From Gemmatimonadota bacterium (lineage in GTDB: Bacteria > Gemmatimonadota > Gemmatimonadetes > Longimicrobiales > Gaopeijiaceae), in NCBI GenBank assembly GCA_022571515.1, contig JACZXQ010000014.1:27913-91912 (forward strand): 64,000 nucleotides of DNA, in the 5' to 3' direction. The position numbers and the translations under genes are program-made. How positions within the stretch are numbered: position 1 is the stretch's first letter; every line of letters starts with the position of its first letter. The notes under the pieces were generated by a model. The model ran no database searches. It had not been told where the DNA came from and saw only the letters and a program-made list of their open reading frames with translations. Below are positions 26,979 to 34,805 of the stretch, piece after piece.

Positions 26979-28191
26979 GCTGTCCCAGGTGCTCGCCACC
27001 CACGTGGCCGGCCTCGAGGAGGCCGGTACCGCGAAGGGCGCCGAATCGGTCGTGGTCGAGGTTCGGCCCGCGGAGGGCGACCGTGGGCCCCGGTTCCTTC
27101 TGCAAGGCGAGGGCGAGCGGGAGTTCATCCGCATGAACTCGAACTCCTATCTGGGCATGGGTCTCCGCCCCGAGGTCATCGAGGCGGAGGAGAGGGCCAC
27201 ACGTGCTTTCGGTGCGGGTCCGGGGGGGGTCCGGTTCATTTCGGGTACCTACCGGATCCACCTCGAGCTCGAGGCCAAGTTGGCGGCGTTCCATGGCCGG
27301 GAATCGGCCATGATCTTCTCGTCCGCGTACGCCGCAATCCTTTCGACGATCACGCCGCTGGTGACGGCGGACACAGTGCTGATCAGCGACGCGCTCAACC
27401 ACAACTGCATCATCAACGCCATGCGCCTCGCGAGACCGCAGGCGAAGGTGGTCTATCCCCATCTCGACCTCGAAGCCCTGGACAATGCGCTCGCGGACCA
27501 CGCCGGAAAAGCCAAGCGGGCGTTGGTGGTGACCGACGGGATCTTCAGTATGCGAGGGGACCACGCCCCTCTCGACGAGATCATGGAAATCGCCCGGCGC
27601 CACGACGACGCCTACGAGGAGAACGTGGTGGTCGTGGCGGACGACTCGCACGGCGTGGGCGCGCTCGGAGCCACCGGCCGTGGCGTAGAGGAGCTCACCG
27701 GCTCGGAGCCGGTGGACGTGCTGGTCGGGACGCTGGGCAAGGCGTTCGGCGTGAACGGCGGCTACGTGACGTCGAGCGCTGCGGTGATCGGCTTCCTGCG
27801 CGAGACCTCACCGATGTACATCTACTCGAACCCGATCACCGTGGGCGAAGCCAGCGCGGCATTGCGCTCGCTGGAGATCGTGGACAGCGATGAGGGCCGG
27901 GCCCTGCTAGACCGGCTGCGTTCGCTCACCAGGCGCTTCGAGGAGGGCCTGGGGCGCATTGGGATCGAGACCATTCCGGGCGAGCACCCTGTCGTGCCCC
28001 TCATGATCCGCGACACCGGCAAGACCCACGACCTGGTCCGCTACCTCTACGAGAACGGCGTGCTCGTGACGGGCCTCGCCTACCCCGTGGTGCCCAAGGG
28101 CGACGAAGAGATCCGCGCCCAGGTCAACACCGATCACACCGAGGCGGACATCGACCAGGTGCTGGATCTGCTGGCCGCGTACCAGGGTTAG
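26965..28191 (+). CDS. kbl: glycine C-acetyltransferase (2-amino-3-ketobutyrate CoA ligase)
   Basis: NSNSYLGMG...GGVRFISGT...DDSHGVGALGATGRG...GTLGKAFG (PLP lysine). Start at Met10 of the track ORF, overlapping the tdh stop. Confidence 0.9.
   Translation: MPLNRLSQVLATHVAGLEEAGTAKGAESVVVEVRPAEGDRGPRFLLQGEGEREFIRMNSNSYLGMGLRPEVIEAEERATRAFGAGPGGVRFISGTYRIHLELEAKLAAFHGRESAMIFSSAYAAILSTITPLVTADTVLISDALNHNCIINAMRLARPQAKVVYPHLDLEALDNALADHAGKAKRALVVTDGIFSMRGDHAPLDEIMEIARRHDDAYEENVVVVADDSHGVGALGATGRGVEELTGSEPVDVLVGTLGKAFGVNGGYVTSSAAVIGFLRETSPMYIYSNPITVGEASAALRSLEIVDSDEGRALLDRLRSLTRRFEEGLGRIGIETIPGEHPVVPLMIRDTGKTHDLVRYLYENGVLVTGLAYPVVPKGDEEIRAQVNTDHTEADIDQVLDLLAAYQG
28108..28191 (+). repeat. kbl 3' end, copy 1 of an 84-nt direct repeat
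   Basis: Manual alignment with 29606-29689 gives 76 of 84 positions identical, and both copies end at a stop codon. Confidence 0.85.
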
Positions 28192-28215
28192 GCCACGGAT
28201 CGAGGCCGGACGCCT

Positions 28216-28383
28216 ATGAGCTCCCTTCCCTTCCGCCAGTACGACGCGTTCACGCTCACGCCGCTCGAAGGGAACGCGTGCGCCATCATCTACGACGCGG
28301 ACGACCTGTCGGAGCCTGTGATGCAGGCGACTATTTCAGCCCGCACCTGTTCTGCCTGGAGGGATTCACCGAGGGCGGAGTAG
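28216..28383 (+). pseudogene. N-terminal fragment of a PhzF-family isomerase-like gene
   Basis: MSSLPFRQYDAFTLTPLEGNACAIIYDADDLSEPVMQA... matches the usual PhzF-family N-terminus (..F.qvDvFt..p..GN...v......l....MQ). It then loses similarity and stops at 28381-28383. Confidence 0.5.
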
Positions 28384-28800
28384 AGGTGTCGTGGGAGGAA
28401 CGGACGGAGCTTGTCAGAGAGATCAGGGAGGGTCTGCGGTTTTCCCCGAGATCGAAGAGGCCAAGCGGGTCGAACTCACCGAGCACATCACCGAGGGAAG
28501 CGCGGGCGAGGTTGTTCTGTTATCAACGCCTCGAATGGTCGATAGCTTCGAAGCTTCGTTGGGGCCGTTGCGATAGGGCCGTGGGATGTTCCTGAAGCAC
28601 ATATTCTGGATGGAGCTCCTCATGTACAAAGACAGTCCGTGCGTAGAGCATGGATAGGACTCGGAGGCTTCGCGAAGCAGCCGAGATGATCCTCTCGATC
28701 TTGAAAGAAGGCAGTAAAGAGGATGGGTGACGCCCCTTGGGCACCCTCGCATGCATAGTCTTTTTTTGCCGAAACCCTTAGCGGCGATGACATTACCAGC

Positions 28801-28989
28801 ATGGAACCGGATCGTACACTGGAATACGAGATCCTCCGCGCCATGTCCCCCGCGAAAAAGCTCGATGTCATGCACGCGCTAATCCGCCAGGCACGTGAGC
28901 TGAAAGCGGCGGCCATACGTGCATCCGAACCCGAGTTATCCTCGGATGAGGTAGAAGCGAGGATCAGAGAGATCTGGGCGCTTGACTGA
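28801..28989 (+). CDS. small helical protein, partner of the downstream nucleotidyltransferase-fold gene
   Basis: 62 aa. It overlaps the next ORF by 8 nt. No family recognised. Confidence 0.4.
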   Translation: MEPDRTLEYEILRAMSPAKKLDVMHALIRQARELKAAAIRASEPELSSDEVEARIREIWALD

Positions 28990-29548
28990 ACCGGACCTCA
29001 TTGGCCTTTTCGTCCGCCCCTTGGAGGCGTCGGGAATCCCGTACATGATCACCGGGGGTGTTGCATCGGTGATCTACGGCGAACCTCGTCTTACGCGTGA
29101 CGTCGACATCGTGCTGTCATTGAAGGTCCCAGACGTAGAGGGATTCGACGCCGTCTTCTCCAAAGACGAGTTCTACACCCCACCCATGGAGGCCCTGAGG
29201 CGAGAAGCCGGCCGGCCGCGACACGGACACTTCAACGTCATCCATCGGGACACGGCCCTTCGCGGCGACATCTACCTGCTCGGCGATGATCCTCTTCACG
29301 CCTGGGGGTTCGACCGGCGCTCACCGCTGCTGGTCGGTGCAGCCTCGATTTCGATAGCGCCTATCGAATACGTCATCCTCCGGAAGCTGGAGTACTTCAC
29401 GAAGTCTGGTTCGGATCGGCACGTCCGTGACGTGGCCATGATGCTGCGCATCAGTGGAGACTCGGCAAACCACGCCGACCTCGACTCGTGGATCGAGCGA
29501 TTGGGGCTGCGCGAGGCGTTTGACGCGGTGCTCGAGTTCCAGGAGTAG
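28982..29548 (+). CDS. nucleotidyltransferase-fold protein (MNT/AbiEii-like signature)
   Basis: ITGGVASVIYGEPRLTRDVDIV fits the GG/GS-x(9-13)-DxD minimal nucleotidyltransferase pattern. The C-terminal part reads KLEYFTKSGSDRHVRDVAMML. Confidence 0.55.
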   Translation: MTEPDLIGLFVRPLEASGIPYMITGGVASVIYGEPRLTRDVDIVLSLKVPDVEGFDAVFSKDEFYTPPMEALRREAGRPRHGHFNVIHRDTALRGDIYLLGDDPLHAWGFDRRSPLLVGAASISIAPIEYVILRKLEYFTKSGSDRHVRDVAMMLRISGDSANHADLDSWIERLGLREAFDAVLEFQE

Positions 29549-29605
29549 CCGTTTCCGACGGAGGAGCACTCGATCTAGCCTGGCGGTTGGAATTCCTATC
29601 CTCAC

Positions 29606-29689
29606 GAGATCCGCGCCCAGGTCAACGCCGATCATACCGAAGCGGACATCGACCACGTGCTGGAACTGCTCGCCGCGTACCAGGGATAA
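29606..29689 (+). pseudogene. orphan kbl 3'-end remnant (copy 2 of the 84-nt direct repeat)
   Basis: Encodes EIRAQVNADHTEADIDHVLELLAAYQG*, compared with EIRAQVNTDHTEADIDQVLDLLAAYQG* at the real kbl end. There is no kbl-like sequence upstream of 29606. Confidence 0.8.
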
Positions 29690-29711
29690 CCCCGCGGAGC
29701 GAGCCTTCCCC

Positions 29712-30098
29712 CTACGCCGATTCGAGATCGGTCTTCGGAAAGTCCTCCCCTACGAAGAGCAATGGCTCGCCCGACAGACGGGCCACGGCATAGGTGAGAC
29801 AATCCCCGAAGTTGAGTCCCGCCTGATCCTGCCCTCTCCCGAACCTTCGGTACGCCTCGACCGCCTCCCGCCAGTGCACACTCCCGAACGAGATCTCCTC
29901 TATGGCGAGCTCGTCGAGAAGTCGCTCGAGCAGACCGTGCGAGTCCGTGCCGAGACGGGCGTGGAGCACGATTCCCGCCTCCGCCAGCGTAGGACTCCCG
30001 GCGGCTACTATAGGTGCCGACAGGATCCGATCCAGGACGTCCTCAAAGCCGGCTTCCCGAAATACGATGGCCATCAACGCGGAAGTATCGACGATCAT
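29712..30098 (-). CDS. vapC: PIN-domain toxin VapC
   Basis: MIVDTSALMAIVF...GDCLTYAVARLSGEPLLFVGEDF. Start at Met30 of the track ORF, overlapping the vapB stop (ATGA). Confidence 0.85.
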   Translation of the reverse strand: MIVDTSALMAIVFREAGFEDVLDRILSAPIVAAGSPTLAEAGIVLHARLGTDSHGLLERLLDELAIEEISFGSVHWREAVEAYRRFGRGQDQAGLNFGDCLTYAVARLSGEPLLFVGEDFPKTDLESA

Positions 30099-30367
30099 AC
30101 GCCGTCCTGACCGAAGCCGAGGATGCGCTCTCGCTCCTCGCGGCTGGGAGGGCAGCCGAGTTGGGCCGCGGGGATCCGGGACCACACCTCCCGCGAGAGA
30201 AACCTCTCGATACGCTCGGCCCGAGCACTGTCCGACACGCGAACCCGTAGGCGTTGGTGTCGCTCGCTCAGTGCCTGCCGGACCGCCTCCGTCTTGGACT
30301 CGCCGGTGATTGCCGCAACCTCGGCCGCCAGCCGTTCGACCTCCGGATTCTTTATGTTGAGAGCCAT
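30095..30367 (-). CDS. vapB: VapB-family antitoxin
   Basis: MALNIKNPEVERLAAEVAAITGESKTEAVRQALSERHQRL is typical of the FitA/VapB-type antitoxins paired with PIN toxins. Confidence 0.8.
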   Translation of the reverse strand: MALNIKNPEVERLAAEVAAITGESKTEAVRQALSERHQRLRVRVSDSARAERIERFLSREVWSRIPAAQLGCPPSREERERILGFGQDGV

Positions 30368-30386
30368 GCGGCCTCCCGGAAGGTTG

Positions 30387-30409
30387 AATTACACCGTAAT
30401 GGTGTAATT
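30387..30409. promoter_or_regulatory. candidate vapBC operator: perfect 9-bp inverted repeat
   Basis: aattacacc-gtaat-ggtgtaatt lies 20-42 nt upstream of the vapB ATG. It is an AT-rich island in GC-rich DNA. Confidence 0.55.
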
Positions 30410-30468
30410 ATACCCCATAGAAACCGCCCCCACAAGTTCCAGAGCTGCCCAACCAAACCTCCCTTTGC

Positions 30469-31413
30469 CTATGGGACCAGCAGAACCTTGAGCACGCCCG
30501 GCCGGGCCGCGTGTTCGAAGGCGCGCAGGGCGTCTTCGAGGGGATACCGGGCCTCGATCATGAACTCCACGCTTATCTTTCCCTGTTCCAGGAGTTCGAT
30601 GGCAGGCTCAAACGGTCCGCAACGCGACCCCACGAGCGTGATCTCGTCCACCACGATCGCCGAGGCATCCACATCCAGCCGTCCGGCGTAGGTGCTTTTC
30701 ATCACCAGGGTGCCCCTGGGGCGAAGTGCGGCTCTCGCGGTCTTGAAACCGTTCGGGTCGCCGGTGCACTCGACGGCGATGTCAAAACCGGCGCCGTTGA
30801 ACTCGGCGGCCAGCTGGGTCGCGGCGAACGTCGAGCACCGTTCCAGCTTGCCGAGATGCTTTCCCACCACGGTGAGGTCGCACCCGGTCAGCGCCAGCGT
30901 CTGGGCGATGAGTTGACCCAGCTTCCCGTCCCCGATGATGAGAACCCGATCGTCCGCCGTCACGTCGATCTGTTCCTGGATCTCCAGCGCGGCGGCCAGC
31001 GGTTCGACGAATGTGGCGTCGTCGGTCGAGACATGGTCGGGAACTCGATGGAGGTTCGCAACCGGAAGGCTCAGATACTCGGCGAAGGCGCCATGCCGAT
31101 CGACGATCCCGAGAACCGTCCGCGTCTCGCAGTGAGTGGGTCGCCCCGCGATGCAGGTATCGCACGCACCACACGCCGCGTTGATCTCACCGACGACCCG
31201 TTGCCCCGCGAGCGCGTCGTCGCCCGCCTCCACGACGCCGACAAATTCGTGGCCGAGGATCCCCGTGTACGGGTAATAGCCGCGCACCAACTCCAGATCC
31301 GTGCTGCAGACCCCAGCGCGCACGACCCGCACGAGCGCCTCACCCAGGGCAGGGGACGGTACATCTACATCCCGCACGCTCAACGTGCGGTCTTCGAGCC
31401 AAAGCGCTTTCAT
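30469..31413 (-). CDS. zinc-dependent medium-chain alcohol/polyol dehydrogenase
   Basis: GVCSTDLELVRG...GHEFVGVV...CGACDTCIAGRPTHC (structural Zn)...IIGDGKLGQL. Confidence 0.85.
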   Translation of the reverse strand: MKALWLEDRTLSVRDVDVPSPALGEALVRVVRAGVCSTDLELVRGYYPYTGILGHEFVGVVEAGDDALAGQRVVGEINAACGACDTCIAGRPTHCETRTVLGIVDRHGAFAEYLSLPVANLHRVPDHVSTDDATFVEPLAAALEIQEQIDVTADDRVLIIGDGKLGQLIAQTLALTGCDLTVVGKHLGKLERCSTFAATQLAAEFNGAGFDIAVECTGDPNGFKTARAALRPRGTLVMKSTYAGRLDVDASAIVVDEITLVGSRCGPFEPAIELLEQGKISVEFMIEARYPLEDALRAFEHAARPGVLKVLLVP

Positions 31414-31516
31414 GACAGATCAAGATAATGAGATGGAGCGCCTTTGAATCTCCTGCCCGTTCCCCTGGGGGAGCCGGCCGAGGAAATCCCCGTGCTCCGC
31501 GAAAACCTCATCCGCC

Positions 31517-32118
31517 TTGCACTTGTTGACTTTTGGGTCTTCGGCTGCGGACCGTGGGACGATGATCTCATGGCTTCTTCTGGTCCTTCGGGCCCTCCAT
31601 GGCATGGCTCGATCCCGCATCTCTCTGGCGGCTGAGAACACCATCCTCAGTCAGCAACTCGCCGTGCTCCAGCGAGGACGGCCCAGGCCGTTGCTCCGAC
31701 CGGCGGACCGAGTGCTCTGGATCTGGCTCTGCCGACCCTCGAATCGGTGGCGCCAGGCACTGGTGCTAATCCAACCAGCCACGGTCCTGAGGTGGCACAG
31801 AGAAGGGTACCGCCGCTACTGGAGACGACGGTCCGTTGAGTTTGGCGGTTGACCCTGAATCCCTTGGAGCCACATCAGCCTAATTCGCCGCATAGCTCGG
31901 CTCATTCGCAATCACTGCGGCTGGCCCCTGCGGGCGCGGTCATTCCTGGGCATGCCCCAATGCCGGATTCTGACCTCGACAAGGCCCAACGTGTCCCCTT
32001 CGGCCGACGCTTGATCACCCAGGAATCAGGTCAGGGACATCGGTCCCGCGGTGCGAGACCAATAATGCCCCAAGAATCCGCGCGGATGGAGTCTTCGCGG
32101 AACACGGGGGTGCAATGA
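31517..32118 (+). pseudogene. degraded integrase-core (IS481-like) transposase gene
   Basis: The N-terminal part is intact-looking: LAAENTILSQQLAVLQRGRPRPLLRPADRVLWIWL...WRQALVLIQPATVLRWHREGYRRYWRRRS. It is then stopped at 31850, and only short recognisable bits remain in shifted frames (LIRRIAR...). Confidence 0.5.
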
Positions 32119-32133
32119 GAATACAGCCCCACG

Positions 32134-32553
32134 TCACTCCTCAGCTTCCAGGCCCCTGCGAGAATCGGCCCGTTCGCTTAGCACCACCATCATCTCGTTG
32201 AAGGCCGTCTCGAGTTCCCGCCAATGCTTATCGGCCCGTCGGAATCGTAGACGGCGATCCATGTCGCCGCGCCTGACATCCTCGAAGGCCCGTTTCAGCT
32301 GTACCGACGGCCCCGCCACTCGGTTGGTCGTTAAGATTGCGAGCCCCACGGCCGCCAACGCGATTACGGGCATTCGAGTAAGAAGGAAGAACCATACGTC
32401 TTTGTACGACGATTCCGGCACAACGCCGCCCAGCATCATGGCGACGGTGAGGACCGGCGGCGTCAGCACCACCACGACGACCCAGAAGGCAGAGAACGCC
32501 CACACGGCTCTTAGGTTGTGCTTGAATCCGCTTCCCCGGAGTTTCCGTTTCAT
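32134..32553 (-). CDS. small two-TM protein with HAMP-like linker
   Basis: Two TM segments, then VAGPSVQLKRAFEDVRRGDMDRRLRFRRADKHWRELETAFNEMMVVL (HAMP pattern). No output domain. Confidence 0.5.
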   Translation of the reverse strand: MKRKLRGSGFKHNLRAVWAFSAFWVVVVVLTPPVLTVAMMLGGVVPESSYKDVWFFLLTRMPVIALAAVGLAILTTNRVAGPSVQLKRAFEDVRRGDMDRRLRFRRADKHWRELETAFNEMMVVLSERADSRRGLEAEE

Positions 32554-32785
32554 CTTTGTCGTCTGCCTGTTCGCAGGTGAGACGTCTCAGTAGTGACGCG
32601 GTTGAGCTGCCACAAACCGAGGCGACTCCAACAGTACAAGGGTAGGCATCATAGGGGCCTGGCGTCCGCTACCGGTCCAACTCAACAACAAAGCAGCCCA
32701 AAGATGAAGAGGCGTTCTCCCCTCGGAGTGGGTGCACTTTCATTAGCGCAAGCAAGTAACCCACAGCGCGAGGAGGAGAACGCCC

Positions 32786-33571
32786 ATGGACAGGTATATC
32801 GGACTGGACGTACATGCGTCAAGCTGCACGCTGGCGGTGGTAGGACCGAGCGGAAAACGTCTGGGCACGCAGGTGGTGGAGACGAACGCACGGGCTCTGA
32901 TCGAGGTGCTGCGCGGGATCCCGAAGCGTCGCCACCTGTGCATGGAGGAAGGGACGTGTCGGGGTGGTTGCACGAAGTGCTGGAGCCTCACGTCGACGAG
33001 CTGGTCGTGACGGGTGTCGGCAAGAAGAGCCGGGGCCCGAAGAGCGAGGGCACCGACGCGAAGCGTTGGTCGGGACGCGTTCGGGCTTGCCGAGCAGCTC
33101 AGGATCGGCGCGATAGAGACGCGGGTCTACAAGGGGCGAGACCAGTTCGGGCGGCTGGGGAATCTGGCGAAGGCCTACGGCTTCCTGGTGGGCGACACCG
33201 TACGGGTGAAGAACAGGCTGAGGAGCGTGCTGCGCTCGAAGGGCGTGGCGTACGGAGCGGGGCAGTCGGTGTAGGCGAAGCGCGACCGGGAACAGTGGCT
33301 GGCGAAGCTGCCGGAATCGAGCAGGGCGCAGGCCCATCTACCGTACGAGGAGCACGACGCGCTCGTGGCTCTGCGTCAGAAGGCCGAGAAGACGATGCTG
33401 GCCGAGGCACGCAGGCACTGGGAGTGGCACGTACTGAAGACGTGCCCAGGTCTGGGCCCGATCCGGATCGCGGAGCTACTGCCGGTTGTGGTGACGCCGT
33501 ATCGGTTCAGAAGCCGGAGCGGGTTCTGGGGCTACTGCGGCCTGGGCATCGTGATGCGAAGCTCGTCGGAT
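32786..33571 (+). mobile_element. IS110-family transposase pseudogene (frameshifts, nonsense codon, 3' truncation)
   Basis: MDRYIGLDVHASSCTLAVVGPSGKRLG... (frame 1), WLHEVLEPHVDELVVTGV (frame 2), DAFGLAEQLRIGAIETRVYKG...RVKNRLRSVLRSKGV (frame 3). There is an in-frame TAG at 33272, then ...LKTCPGLGPIRIAELLPVVVTPYRFRSRSGFWGYCGLG, after which similarity ends. Confidence 0.7.
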
Positions 33572-33578
33572 CGCCAGC

Positions 33579-33716
33579 TCAATCCGAGTTCCCTCTGGGT
33601 TCCCTCTGGGGTGGGGCGCGGGCGGCGCTCAGGGGAGGAGGCCGACTGGGAAGATCGAGGTAGGTGAGGATGGAGCGGACGGGAGCGTGATCGGTGACGA
33701 AGGCGATGACGCGCAT
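33579..33716 (-). pseudogene. possible C-terminal fragment of an IS91-family (Y2) transposase
   Basis: MRVIAFVTDHAPVRSILTYLDLPSRPPPLSAARAPP resembles the conserved C-terminal ...RxIAxIT(D/E)xxVIxxIL.HLgL...PP tail as I remember it for that family. This rests on recognition only. Confidence 0.3.
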
Positions 33717-33983
33717 GGATCCGCCACGACCACGCTTCGCGCGGTGCCCGGGCATAGGAGCGAGACGGCGCCGATCCTGGACCCCGAGGCGGCGTAGCCG
33801 GCCGGGGCGGGCCGCGTGCACGTCCGGACGAGGGGAGCATCCCGGACGCTGGATTGAGCTGTGCGGCGTGCACATGTCCAAGGGGGACTAAAGGACGCGT
33901 GCTCCTGCGCCTGAGACAGCACTGGCTGTGGTCTTCCTGCCCTGTGAGGGACTCCGGTCTAGCGTGCCTCTGTGCCTCTACGC

Positions 33984-34757
33984 CTACGCCCTCGCGTGCA
34001 GCGCGAACGCCACCCCGTGGCAGTCCAAGCACTGCACGATCTTGTCGCCTCCGGGAACCTCCATGGGACCGTTGAGAATGGTCCCACCCAGCGCAGTCAC
34101 CTTCTCGGCGGCGGTGTCCACGTCGGGCACACGCGCGTAGTAGAGCCAGCTAGGCGGCTGCGGCATGTCGGGCGACTTGTTGAACATGCCACCCAACGTC
34201 AGGCCGTTGCGCCCGAACATCTGGTAGATGCCCATCTCCCCCATGTCCATCGACTCGGTCTTCTCCCATCCGAACAGAGCCGAGTAGAAGTCGAATGCGC
34301 CCTCCCAGTCCGACGTGATGAGCTCGTGCCAGGAAAACTCTCCTACGTCGGCCGGGCCTTCATGTCCGGGCGCTTCGGCCTCGGGAGTGAACGCGGCGAA
34401 CACCGCACCCTGAGGATCGGCGATGATCGAGATGCGCCCCACGCTGGGGATGTCCATCGGACCGTTCAGGATCGTGGCGCCAAGCTCGACCGCACGCCTC
34501 CCCGTCTCATCGACGTCGGGGGTAGCCACGTAGGCCAACCAGTGCGGAGGCGCACCCATGGCCTTGGCTTCCTCCGGTAGCTGCATCACGCCGCCGACCG
34601 GCGTCTCCCCATTCATCCACATCGTGTACGGCTCCGGGCCGTCGCCCCACTCGGAGGTGTCCCACCCGACGACCTCCTCGTAGAACGGCTGCGCGCGGTC
34701 CGGATCGTCGGTCAACAGTTCGTACCACACGAACCGTCCCAAAGGAACCTCAGACAT
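33984..34757 (-). CDS. two-domain VOC (glyoxalase/bleomycin-resistance fold) protein
   Basis: GRFVWYELLTDDPDRAQPFYEEVVGW... is repeated as FSWHELITSDWEGAFDFYSALFGW.... Start at Met8 (MSEVPLG). Confidence 0.75.
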   Translation of the reverse strand: MSEVPLGRFVWYELLTDDPDRAQPFYEEVVGWDTSEWGDGPEPYTMWMNGETPVGGVMQLPEEAKAMGAPPHWLAYVATPDVDETGRRAVELGATILNGPMDIPSVGRISIIADPQGAVFAAFTPEAEAPGHEGPADVGEFSWHELITSDWEGAFDFYSALFGWEKTESMDMGEMGIYQMFGRNGLTLGGMFNKSPDMPQPPSWLYYARVPDVDTAAEKVTALGGTILNGPMEVPGGDKIVQCLDCHGVAFALHARA

Positions 34758-34805
34758 GCCTACCTCCTTCCGTGCCATAAGGAAAGCCGTGTGGTCCCGC
34801 CGCGC

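Noticed and set aside
28391-28800. ORF 28391..28576 (FPEIEEAKRVELTEHITEGSAGEVVLL...) and the antisense ORFs over the lower-GC stretch of the kbl-adjacent insert.
   Set aside because: No recognisable family, no RBS, mutually overlapping frames and an atypical composition. These were treated as eroded island DNA.
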